NCBI RefSeq assembly: GCF_003918875.1
Contig: NW_025767046.1
Coordinates: 2,232,001 to 2,296,000, forward strand
DNA length: 64,000 nt
Origin: Haliotis rubra
Lineage: Eukaryota
Direction: 5' to 3'
Shown: positions 42,731 through 55,500 of the stretch, in pieces
Layout of the letters: every line of letters begins with the position of its first letter
How positions within the stretch are numbered: the stretch's first letter is position 1
Made by a program: the position numbers and the translations under genes
Notes under the pieces: model-generated
The model's database searches: none
Told to the model about the DNA's origin: nothing
Seen by the model: only the letters and a program-made list of their open reading frames with translations

Positions 42731-43090
42731 GTGAGGTGAGGTGAAATTGGGTTTTACGTCGTGCTTGGGAATATTTCACTCATATGACGACGTGCATGCG
42801 TGTGTATGTGTATGTGCGGCTGCTTGTGCTAGCCCAGACTGAAGCTGGTTTTATAGTGCTAGCCCACTGAGATACCATGCCGCAGTGAAGCATGAATACC
42901 CCACTCAGACACATTATACTTACTCGAGCCGACCAGTCCTTGTTGTACCCATTAATGCCGAGCGCCAGGCAGGGACCAACAAGTACCAATTTAATTTTTA
43001 ACGTCTTTTGGTTTGACGCGGTCGGAGATCGAACCCGCAACCTTCGGCTCTCTGGGCGGATGCTCTAACCACTACACCACGGAGGCGGTC
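42731..43090 (-). mobile_element. tRNA-derived SINE family C, full-length with 14-bp TSD
   Basis: TSD AACTGGGACTGGAG at 42717-42730 and 43091-43104; close reverse complement of 40050-40398. Confidence 0.9.
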
Positions 43091-43563
43091 AACTGGGACT
43101 GGAGCCCACAACCATAGGATGCAGGCATACCAAAGGGAAACAACTCCGTACAGCACATAGCTTCATCTGTATCCTCCATAATACAATGTTTTCCATATGG
43201 TGGCACTAGCACATGTCTAATGAAATCAGTTCTTTGGTTTGCAAGTTCAAAAGAATAATAAAGGTATGGTATCACTTTAATTCACAAATAATCCTTTACA
43301 TCACATAATCCCAATGAAAACACTCAAGCCAGGAAAGACAAGAGTGAGTTCTCAACTACATGAGAAACAGACTCAAGAGCAAAGTTCAGGGAATGATCAC
43401 ATTGATAAGGAGCTGAATGACACTACATGTGCCTTGCGAGATAGAAGCCTGGCTACTGTGTTCCTCCATCCTTACAATGTCTCCCGGTTGTTTGGGTTTA
43501 CCAATCCTGTGAGTGTGGGTATATTCACAAAGTACATTGTCCATACTCATTGGGCTCAGGCTT

Positions 43564-46500
43564 TCAGCTTTTTCTTTTGCTCTTTTTCAAATTCTTTGTG
43601 CTGCGTCTGTCAGTTTTAGTCTCTGAAATGAACATGTTCTTGGTAATTCAAGGAAAATGATTGTCAATTTCTAACATTTCCGGCAATGGGCTTAAGGTAA
43701 GGTTTTAATGTTTTGAAATGGAATGATCTTAACCTGAACATCTACAGAGACATGTAAAAGGACTTGGCTCAACAAAACAGATGATTTTCTCAGGATGAGG
43801 ACTGGATTTGTTTAGTTTGAAATGTATCAAATATTCTTTGAGACCCGAAATGTTTTCGATCTCATTCTCAGCCCCAGCCCTGTAACAAGAAACTCACGGG
43901 TTCCTTAAGTGTTTTGTTTCATTATGACTTCCTTGTTTTGTTTCATTATGACTTCCCCCATACATCAGTGTATACTCATCCAAAATAGTCATGACATGCA
44001 CATTAACTATAGTAACATGAACAAATTAGGTGATCTTTAACTTCTTTTGAGATGTATATTTCGATAAATAAGATAGTCACCTAAATAAAGCATCTGACAA
44101 ATAAAATGTTAGGAAAGGAAAACAGACTAAATCATACAGATATTCAGTCACACTTTGCCCTTTCTTTTGTTCTATATGCACCGTATACCACCCTGTATCC
44201 AATAAATAGATACAACGCCGGCTTAGTTAGTGCAATCATGTCTGAATGGAGTTGCCATAAATCTCAGTTATTTATCACATACCTTTAACCTTGGGCTTTT
44301 TCTTCTTCCTTGCCTCCACCTCCAACTTCTCCAGCTTCCATTTTCCGTTTCAACTTTTTTGCCCTTTTGAACTCTAGATATGACCTTGACTGTTTCCCTG
44401 ACCTTTCTTCCTTGGAGGAATCAGAACTAGTGTCCTCTTCATGGCCACTGTCTTGTTCAGAGCTATCTTCACCTTCTTCCTCTTCATCACTGGTCTTCTC
44501 GGTTTTGATTTCGACACTGTCATCAAGGTCACATGCGTCCTCTGCCTTAATGTCAACATCCCCCACTTCCCTCTTCACCTTTGTCTTCATCTTTATCTGC
44601 GTTGCAGCCATGCAAGTGAGCCGAAACTTGGTGTCATGTGAGGCCATCAGATCAGCACTAACTGAATCCTGCACAAGCAAGAAGAAAAGGTTCTACACAC
44701 AGGAACACAATGTTTGAGTGAGTGAATGAGAGTAGTCTTCTGCCACTTTTAGCAATATTCCAGCAATATCACGGTGGGGACATCAGAAATGGCCATATAG
44801 AATGCTTGGCACTATTTCATCCAAATGATGGCATTCAGTCAATAATTAAGTCTGGATCTGACAATTCTCTGATACAAAGAGCTACTTCCCTAAACAAGGG
44901 GTAAAATTATGCGCTATTAACAATCTGATCTGGTCAGTCACCTCTTATGACATGCATAGACTATGAGGAACCCATTGTTATCAGAAACCCCCACTGGACT
45001 CAATACAAGTACAGTCAAATCCCGATGAGTGAATGCGGTGTCTCGAATATTATGCATAACTCGAAGTACCTGTCGGTCCCGACCATTCCCTGTTATAGTT
45101 GTCATCATTTGAATGCCGGTTACACTAATTGTCTCATAAATACACACGATGACTTGAGAAGGAAATTTAGTCCCACGAGATTCAAACAACAGCAATCTTG
45201 TATACATAAACCGAAGTCAGTCAATGAGAAGTTGATTGGTGTAGCAAACTGATCCAATTAACAAACCAGCTGCTCACACCTTTCCGCCATTGACGGGTGA
45301 GTTCAAAGGCAGATTAGTGATTTTACGGAAATCACTGTCTGTGCTAATCAGACTGGAACTGATAAGGTGCCCCTATTAGTGAAAGGGAAATCATTAGGTA
45401 AACAAATGCTTAGGTGGAGGAATTAGGACTGGATCATCATTTTCTACCCTCATAGACATACCTATGTCTTCGAATACATCGATAAGTCGAATGTATTACT
45501 TGGTCCCCAGCGATTGACTCATGGGATTGGACTGTAATGTGGTGTGCTCCAACAGGATCAGGCTGGGCATTGTTACTTTTTTCTCAAGGTTGGTTTTGTC
45601 TGTGTCATTAAATTTACATTGCATAAGCACTACAAGCTCGTTCCAAGTCATGATTGAATTTATCTTAAAGACTCCAGGAAATCTGTGTTCCTAACATACT
45701 AATCATCCTTAAAATATGAGAAATTTGCCGATGGATTTCGTGCAATTTGCAGAAGACCGAAATTACTACATGATTTTTCTTTGTGTGTGCATTAACAAAG
45801 ATAACAGGAACATTTGATAAATGACGCAAACCAATTATTTTCGATGATTGATCGGTTGTAATGAACCAATCATCAATTATGAGATTTTAACCAATTCCCA
45901 ACACTATGGGGGGACACCAGAAATGGGCATCACACATTTTACCCATGTGGGGAATTGAACCTGGGCCTTGGCCGTGACGAGCGAACGCTTTAACCACTCG
46001 GCTACCCAACCGCCCCTCAGTTTCTATACTTCACTCTATCAATAATCACGGCTGGATACCACATTCAGACATAATACATACCATTGAAGTAGGGCTTCAA
46101 CGAGTCCATTTTTTGGGACTCGAGTACTCGAGGGGTGAGACTCGACTCGGACCCGAGAACTCGAAATTCATACCTTTCAAGCAAACGATCAATTGTAAAG
46201 ATAGTTACCTAATCATTTTAAGAAGTGAAATCTCAATCGATGTATAATATTTACTCTCATCTGCAGACTTGTAACAACTAATACCATACAGCCACACCAT
46301 GTGAGGAGTAAACTATGTAATCTAGGTGTTAATAAAAACATTATCAGATGGGTTAAAGAATTCAGGGTACATAGAACTCAGTATGTCAGTGTCAATGGCT
46401 ATCAATCTTTTTTCTCTCAACCTCTACTGGAGATCCACATGGCTGTGTTCCTTCATCCGTACTCTTCGCTTTGTATACCAATGACTGTTACTTGTCAATA

Positions 46501-49500
46501 TATGACTTGTTTACTGTGAAATTTGCAGATGACGCCACTGTTACTGGCCTAATTTCTGATTCTGAACATTATTATCGTCAAGGCATTGACAAAACCGTAA
46601 TAACAGTTTTTATCAAACCTTTATTCAAAGTGTGTTGACCTACAATTTTCTATGTTGGTATGGGGATCTGTCTCATCTTAACAAAACAGACTTTTCAAAA
46701 TTGTTAATACTGCTTGCAAAATTGCTGGAGTGTATTTCGAGTATAGTCAAAAGACAGCTAAAATTAGATTTGATAGTTGACATATTTGATCTCACCATTT
46801 TGAACTACTTCCTTCTGACGCTGCTGTCGATTACCTTCCCTCAAAACAGAGCTCGACAGTCTTTCATACCATCAAGTATTCGTGAATGCAACAAATATTT
46901 TGAATCACCATCATGTGATTAGAAATAGAATTATTCAGCCTCTTTACCTATGTGGTTAATTGAATTATATCATGTCAGTTTTATTTGTAAATAGCATTCG
47001 TTTTGAGCACGTAATTATTGTGTATATTTTTGTGAACTGTGTATATATTTATTTTGAGACAGTTTGGATGTATGAGAATTTCCTCCGGGGATAAAGTTAT
47101 ATCTTTTTCTTAATATTAGACGTTAACGGCCGCTCATGCTTAGCACATGGCAGACAGTCCGTCAACGTCAATAATTCAAGTTATCTCCTTTTTAGTCCTC
47201 GAGTCCTTGAAAATGGACCTCGAGTCCAGCTAAACCCGACTCGCCCTCGAAAGTACTCGAGTACCCGTGGAAGCCCTACATTGAAGTGGTGAGAGTTTAG
47301 CAGGTGAAGTATTTAATGATTTTCTATCAATAACATGAGGCACCTAATTACCCTACACAACAACCATAAATGTCAAGTCTGGCTGACTATTAGAATACTA
47401 TTTCAGTTCAGTGAACCTACTTTATCAGAATGCACTGTATAAAGTTATATACAATTTGGTTACGGGCTGCTTGACAGAACTTTTGACAGCCAGGCATTTC
47501 TACCCTATAATAATCAAGGTATGACTTTACTGCAAATTCTATCCAAAAACTGTTCCAAATAGATCTGGCATTAAATAATTGCAGCTTCAAGACAAGCACA
47601 GGAAGTATCCCAGACACTCAGTGAATGACTCAAAAACACTGAAGTAATGAACACACTACTTGAAATATTCTAAGGAGATATTTTGTCCACAATAGAGAAG
47701 ACAATCTGTCATGTGTCAAGAAGTCTTAACTCCATTGTGTTTCTCTCTGTGCACCGTATACCACCCTGGGTCCAACACATGGACACAACGCCGGCTTAGT
47801 TAGTGCATTCATCTTAAATCATTATCTGACAGAGTAGCAAGTTTCAGTTGGAAGTATGTCATGATAAACTGTTTTGGAAATATACAGGTATATACAACTG
47901 CAGCCACAGCTAAGTGAGTGAACAGGGTTTTAAGCCACTTTAGCAGAAATCCAAGGACATAACTCTTTGTACCCTGGAATTCATTGGCGTCATAAGCGGA
48001 CACCTGATGTCCTTCGTGTAAGTGCCTCTATGTCTATTAGGTTCACATAATTATAAACCATCTTAACATTATCTACTGAAGACTTTGATAAACAAGAAAA
48101 AATTGTGTCCAGGGACACGGATGCCCCCGCTGCTGTAGGAAGAGTTCACACATTCAGGGTCTCACTGAAGTACTTGAAAACACTAAAAACAATGTGTTGT
48201 AACACAACCTATTATCATATAAAGATCAATAATTGAACAAAATTCACGAATAAGTTCAATAAACATCTATGCAACTATGAGATGCACACCTTTCGAGTCC
48301 CAATTAAACACACGTATAAGCGTAAACAATTCTGTTGAGCAGTTTTTGTGGAGCAGTGGATAGACTTAGTCCCCTATTTCACTATCATCAGAGAGAAATT
48401 CAACAAAATTGATCTAAGTTCAAATGTCTCTAAACATACAAAAAATACATATAAAATACAAAAACAAAATATGATATGCACACCTTTAGAGTCTCTATAA
48501 AAGACGTGTAAGCTAAATGAGTTTTGTGCAGTGGTTTTTGAGGAGAAGTGGATAAAGTACACCCCCTGTTGTATGGGACGAACAGGATGAATAGAACCAA
48601 ATTCAACTAAGTTCAAACATCTGTAGAAGTGAGAAAAAGTAAGAAATTGGATGAACAAGGTATGAGATGCACACCTTTAGAGTTCCAATGAAACTCACGT
48701 AGAAGCTCAATATTCTGTTGAGCAGCTTTTGTGGAGAAGTGGATAGACATATCCCCTATTACACTATCATCATAGAGAAATTCAGCAAAATGTACCTAAG
48801 TTCAAATGTCTCTAAACTTACAAAAAAAACAATAAAAAACAAAAACAAAATATGAGATGCACACCATTAGAGTCCCAAGAAAGCCCATGTATAAGTTCAT
48901 TGAATTCCACAGAGCGTCTTTTGTGGAGAAGTGGATAGAGTACATTGCCTGTTTCATATGGACGGACACGGAGGGTAACCCTATATGCCCCCAGCCATAT
49001 ATGGCGGGGGCATAAAAAAAAATTTGGGCGGTAGGAATAAATAAGTGGAAAGTGCTCCTCAAATAACCTAACAGCCCAGAAATGAAGTCATCAAGAGAAG
49101 ATGAAAGTGTTATTCGTTTGTTGTTTCAGTGCTGGCAGTTAAAAACATTCAATGCTGTTTGGCTGAAAATCTACAGTTACAATGTTGGAATAACCACTTT
49201 TGTTTTTTTGTCCACAATAGAGAAGACGATCTTTCATGTGTCAAGAAGTCTTTTACCATTGTGTTTCTCTCTGTGCACCGTATACCACCCTGTGTGCAAC
49301 ACATGGACACAACGCCGGCTTAGATAGTGCAGTAATACCACAACTTTCCCAAACATACAGAGACCAAACCAGGCAGAAACAGAGGCATTAATCATAACCT
49401 ACCACTAACTAGAACCTACGTATTAAGTGAATGAGTATGATTCTTCACAGCTATGTTGAAATGGCTTCATAACCATAATCTATAAAAGCAACAACTATCA

Positions 49501-52500
49501 GCAATTCATCACACTGTACATAAACCTCAAGTGGATATCTCAAACATCTTTCATGTAAATATTCTCCTTGTGCATAATATTGCGTATCACTTCCTTGATA
49601 ACGATGTTAGCATCTACACTGCAACATCGGATCAAGTGCAATAAAGAAGTTGTCTATCCATAAGAACAGTTCCACTTCATCACACCAGCTTCTAAATGCA
49701 ACTTAAAGAATCTTAATTCCAGTCCTATCACATGGGGAATGAAGACTAGGAATTAGTTCTTTGGTGTAATGAGCCAACCATTAGACCATCCAACCCTCCC
49801 TGGGTAAAACCTGATGAATACCGAGGGAGAGGCGGGTGGAGAGAGATAAGTACCTAGTGGAACAATATTTCAGAAACATCACCGCATGTCAGCTTACTGT
49901 AGGACGAAAGCCTATGTATGAAGTGGCGCTGGAACAGAATCTAACCTTGAATCTGATTCAAATTAAGGGATTCAACCCTGCACACTGTGGCACCAGTAAA
50001 GTAGGTTCTCATCTCGAAATGTCCTGTGTTGTGTGTTGAAGCCTATGTGTTTACCTGTGAGAAGGTGACCTTAAAGGCCTTGATGTGACCACAGCTGGAG
50101 GCCGACAGCAGGACCAGGGGGCAGTCATTGTCAGTGGTTTTCACTTTCGTCAGGTGACGGACTCTGTGGTCAGAAGAAAGTGTACAGGTCAGTCAAAAGC
50201 TAAGGGAAGACCCATGGTCAGAGTTAAAAAGAACTGAGCCTTGTTGACACTACTTTAACTAATAAAGTGAAAACTAAACCAATATGAAGATCTTTCTGAT
50301 CATTTCATGTTTTAATCAAGATGCTAAAGTGAGGTGCGATTTGTTTTATTCCAAAATCTAAATTATCAGTCAGATTGTCTTGAGAGGGCTCTGCCATTGT
50401 GTTTGAAGCAACTGCAAAGAATATGACAGGTGGAAGATGACTGGCCAATAAGAGAGACATAACTTATAAGAGCTACCAGTGGTGCTATGATTGAGCTACA
50501 AAATTCCAGCCTAGTTCTGCAAAGAAGCAATCTGGACTTTTGCAGTCAGTTACCTCCCTTGCCGCTTGAAGACTACGCATTTATTTCAGTTAATTTTAAT
50601 ATCTGGAGGAAAACTATCTGTGTTCGATTTTCAGTATTTTGGGGCTTAAATTACTCCTGACCATGTCCATCCCTTTAAACCCTATGACATTATGTGTAAA
50701 TACATCTTAGTGACCATGCAATACAAACTGCAAGGAAATCGATGCTTGTTGCTCTAAGCATATGCCACCACAAGTGATCACATGACAACTTGTCGGTCTC
50801 ATGCTGTATCTCCATGTACCTGACGGTGTCGGTGCTGATGCGTTGCAATTCCTTCTCATCCTTGATGTTGTAGATGACGATGTCTCCACCCTCTCCTCCA
50901 TATGCTATCACGTTCGACTACAACAGAAAAAAAAACCATCTGAGAAAACGAAACAAACCACTGTCTTATGTCATTATTATTCTTGTTCCTGAGGATACAT
51001 ATTTGAAAGTATTATGTTTTATCTGGATTGTCTGATGCTCATTTAAATCCTTTCGTCCTTGTGTTGACTACTAGCTCCAAGTGAAATAACTTAAATTATA
51101 AAATGCAGGACTCCAGATAATTTTTGAACATCAGGAGTACGTACTCCTTATTTTTTCAATATAGGAGTACTCGAAAACCTTAAGTCTACATTTAGAGTAC
51201 TGAATGGAAGCTAATGGACTATCAGTAATCTTGTGTTTCGTTTCATATATGCACCACAACATTGCTAGTCTTGTGTAAACAGGTCAATAAACAATAGAAC
51301 AATACCTTCTCAGATACATATGTCTGTAAATGATTCTAAGACCGTACACCATTGCCGTGGTGCGTATCTGCTACGTTTTATAAATTATTTCCTACCGTAT
51401 CGTGCAAATTTTTGTCCCGTACATACCCCGATACGGCCCTATCTGGAGCCCTGAAAATGTATACTGTGATAGACCACATTACCCATTACACTTTCAAAAG
51501 TTATTTTTTTTGTAAATGACATGCTTATGAGCCATTTGTTCTTCTTATATTTTTTCCTATAACTGTAATGAGCAAACCCTTTACCCACTAGTCTACCCCA
51601 CCGCCCATTAAATGTTGAGGCATGGGGTTCATGTGAAGCAAAAATAATTGGTAATGTGAAAGTTTGATTTGACAGGCTGATCAAGATGTATCAGGCTTGT
51701 TTGAAATAAGCATTAAAGGAACATGTCTTCATGTCCACAATAGAGAAGACGATCTGTCATGTGTCAAGAAGTCTTTTACCATTGTGTTTTCTCTGTGCAC
51801 CGTATACCACCCTGTGTCCAACACATGGACACAACGCCGGCTTAGATAGTGCAGGTAACTTTCACATAGTCTTTCACATCATCACCTGTGTTAATTGTGA
51901 TAAGGACAGCATGCATGGAATCTTGTTCCCCCAGTCCAATTTGTTCAGTCTAGTAAGCTCAGCAAGTTATAAGTTATAGTTCCCATGGCACTAAAATCTA
52001 ACTATGACTTTGTTGTTTACACTGACTCTGTAATATTCCAGCTATGTGGCAGATGTCTGAAAATAATTGAGTCTGGAACAGACAATACAGTGATCTACAG
52101 CATGAGCATCAATCTACGCAGTTGGGAAAGAAACGTGTCAACCAAGTCAACGAGCCTGACAACCCGATTCCATTAGGCTCCTTTCACGACAAGCATGGTT
52201 TGCTGATGACCAATTCTAACCTGGATCTTCACTGGTCGAGTAAAATATTCATTAAAGCATTAAAGGAACATGTCTTCATGTCCACAATAGAGAAGACAAT
52301 CTTTCATGTGTCAAGAAGTCTTAACTCCATTGTGTTTCTCTCTGTGCACCGTATACCACCCTGTGTCCAACACATGGACACAACGCCGGCTTAGTTAGTG
52401 CACTTAAATAGGCTACTTCAAAACACCTACAGGATGAAAAACAAAAGTAAACTCTAGCTCAGCAACACTGGTCCATTTTACTGCATGCAGTGTTTTATCT

Positions 52501-55500
52501 GTAATCTCTTTGTGAATGTCCCCGAGTTCATGGGTGATGGGAGAATTATTCAAAGTATTCATTGGTTCATATGAAAGGAGTTGTATAAATGGCATCTTGT
52601 CGTAAAAGATTACAATATATTACGTCAGGATGCCGTAACGCCAGGTTCAGTGTCAATGTACATCCAAGAAAAAATGAGATTGCTCAAAGATATCAAACTA
52701 GGGCAAGCACATGACTATGCAAATCGGGTTATTCATAGCTGTATTTGAATACTTTCCATCAGAAGTCAAAGAAAAATTGTTCCATCAATTTCTGAACACA
52801 GATTTCAGCAATATTCCAGCAGTATGTTTGCAGTCTAAAAATAAGCAGACCAGACATTCTAGTGACTGACATAAGCATCCATCCACGCAATAGACATGCA
52901 TCAACCAATTCTGGGTTGCAGAAGACCCATTCTAACCCGGATATTCATGGGGTTAACCCATAGAGCTAATGTTAACTCACCCGTAGGAAGACTGCAGCGT
53001 TGACCCTCCTGTCTACGCTGACACTGTGATACACAGAGGACGTCTGGAAACAAATAAATTACTTCACGACTATCATCTGATGAATTATTTCATACTTGTC
53101 ATGACAACAAAACATCCTACTGAACATCGGGGGTGGGTATTTTAAGCATCAAGAAGAAAGAAAATTGGACGATTCGGATGTTTGGAGACATCGGCATACG
53201 AATAGGATGCCATTTGGACATGGAACAAACGCAAATTAAACATGGTAGCATGTCTGCATGCATGTGTGCTTTCTGATAATTTCCACAATGTAATAGGTAT
53301 TTCATAGTGTAAACAGGTGTTTATATTCAGACAATGAATGGGAAGATGTTGACCTTTGTTGCATACAGGCTTCACGTCTCCGTGAACAATGACAAAACAA
53401 TTCCTTAGGGACCATTCACAACATATGGTTAGGGAGTGATGATTTTTGTGGAGAAGCATGTACAATGTGAATGACAACCCAAAACACACAACCCCCTTCC
53501 CCCTAAAAAATAAATAAATTAAAAACAAGCATTGTCACTAAGGTGACATAATCCCCGCCGCAAATTATCAAATCAAACTTATAAAGTAATGAAAGTTTAA
53601 GGTGAAGTTAAATGTCAACAAAAACATGACCAGTCAACCTCTCTTGATATCTTGCTCTTTAGATGTTCAAACACACATATTTTCAAGACTGACTTTGACC
53701 TTGACATGAATGTCATAGTGTATGAAATATGCAAAACTAGTACTAAAGAAATTGCTTATTGAAAAACATTCAAGGGAGGTCTTGAAAGTCTATGAAGAAC
53801 ATCCAGTGAACCGTTCTTAAAATATCTTTCTGACAATTCAGGTTAACATGATGAAATCTTCAAAGTGTCCTCGTGACCCTAAAAATTATGTGAAGGTCAC
53901 CAAAATTGACTGGGCCTTCCCTAGATGAAGCTTGGTGTCAAATATGAAGAAAATCCATTGAATATTTTTTTGCGATATCTTGCTGACTATCTTAACATGC
54001 AATTTAACATGCTGAAATTTTCAAAGTGTCTGTGACCTTGAAAATTAAGTGAAGGTCACCAAAATCAACTGGGCCCTGCGCCTTCCCTAGATAAAGCTTG
54101 GTATTGAATATGAAGAAAATCCAGTGAATGGTTCTTGAGATAGCTTAACATGCAGGTAAAACGTTAGTCCCTTTGTGACCTTGAAATGAAGGTCAAGGTC
54201 ACCAAACTTGACTTAGATCTTTCTTATAGGATGAACCTAGGTACCAAATATGAAAAGAATCTAGTGAACGGTTCTTAAGATATTCCAAGTCGTACATACG
54301 GACGGATGGAGCCTAATACTATATCCCCCGCTTCGAGCTAAACACGCGGCGGGGGATAATAACAAGTGGTTGCCACTGATATGACAATGTCCCCTGCCGC
54401 TAAAGAATGGAATATTTATAAACATTTACTACTTTTATTTTTGGTCACATACAAGATGCTTTAAATGACTGATGTCTGCATAATGCCATGTTCAAAATAG
54501 ATGACACCCTAGCACATGTGTACAAAATTTATGACAACAACAAACCACCCCCAAAATCATCATCAGATAAATTATGAATGGTCCCTTAGTTCACTCAAAT
54601 GTGAGCCTGAGCAATACCACTCAACTCCTGATAAGGATGTACGGCCAGGTCACTCTTCCACAGTATCTTTGTATGACATCTCTAAACAACCATCCATATT
54701 TGTCTCTCACCTTGACAATCCAAACAACCCTATCAAATCCTGGGTAGTATTTAAAGGTCAATGGGGGATAACTTAAATCAAAGTCATGTAAAAGACATTT
54801 AGTGCTCAATGAAACTTCCAGTACACTTACCTCTGTCTTATAAATGTCAATTCTGTTGCTGAACACAATGAGAAATCTTGTTCCATCAGGGGACCATAAC
54901 ACTATATCAGCCGCTGAAAAACATTTATATTAATTTGTGAATATATTTATAGAATGGAAACATGAATATCATCAGAACCCATTCCAAACTTAACTCAGCA
55001 GTACAAATAAAAGCTATCTTAAACATCATGCCACAGGCTTGACAGTGTTTTCGTCAAACATTTCCAGAGTAAACAAAATATCAATTACTCAACAAGTGTA
55101 ATGATTGAGTGAGTGGATTTAGTTTTATGGCGTTCTTAGCAATATTCCAGCAATATCACAGCAGGGGACACCAGAAATGGGCTTCAATCATTGCACCCAT
55201 GTGGGAATCGAAGGCGGGACTTTGGTAGCGTGACGAAAAGCGCTTTAACCACTAGGATACATCAGCCCCTCAACCAGTGTAAAACAGGCACCATTGTACA
55301 TGTAGCTGCTATAGAATTCCTGTCTGGGCTGGGATTTGAACCACAGACCTTCTGATCTGAATTCAGATGCCTTGTCCACATGACCAAAGCGATTAACCCC
55401 CAACTCCACACAAATTAATCATAGTGCTACGTCTCTTAAAAGCTTATATCCAGGGATTGGAGTAATGATTTGCAAAATGAGGCTATCATTTTACTAGTCT

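Noticed and set aside
44310-44717. Ser-rich plus-strand ORF
   Set aside because: Antisense shadow of the acidic PAK1IP1 exon 9.
42018-45906. Single large transposon capturing the last PAK1IP1 exons between ~85-bp inverted repeats
   Set aside because: Each inverted segment is one end of a separate small MITE (42018-42447 with its own 8-bp TSD; ~45559-45906).
51731-52394. Repeated peptide STIEKTI.HVSRSL as a duplicated exon
   Set aside because: Antisense reading of the snoRNA copies; copy lengths differ by frameshifting indels.
55324-55395. tRNA gene on the minus strand
   Set aside because: Only degenerate A/B-box-like remnants and no clean acceptor stem; more likely a SINE head or tRNA pseudogene.
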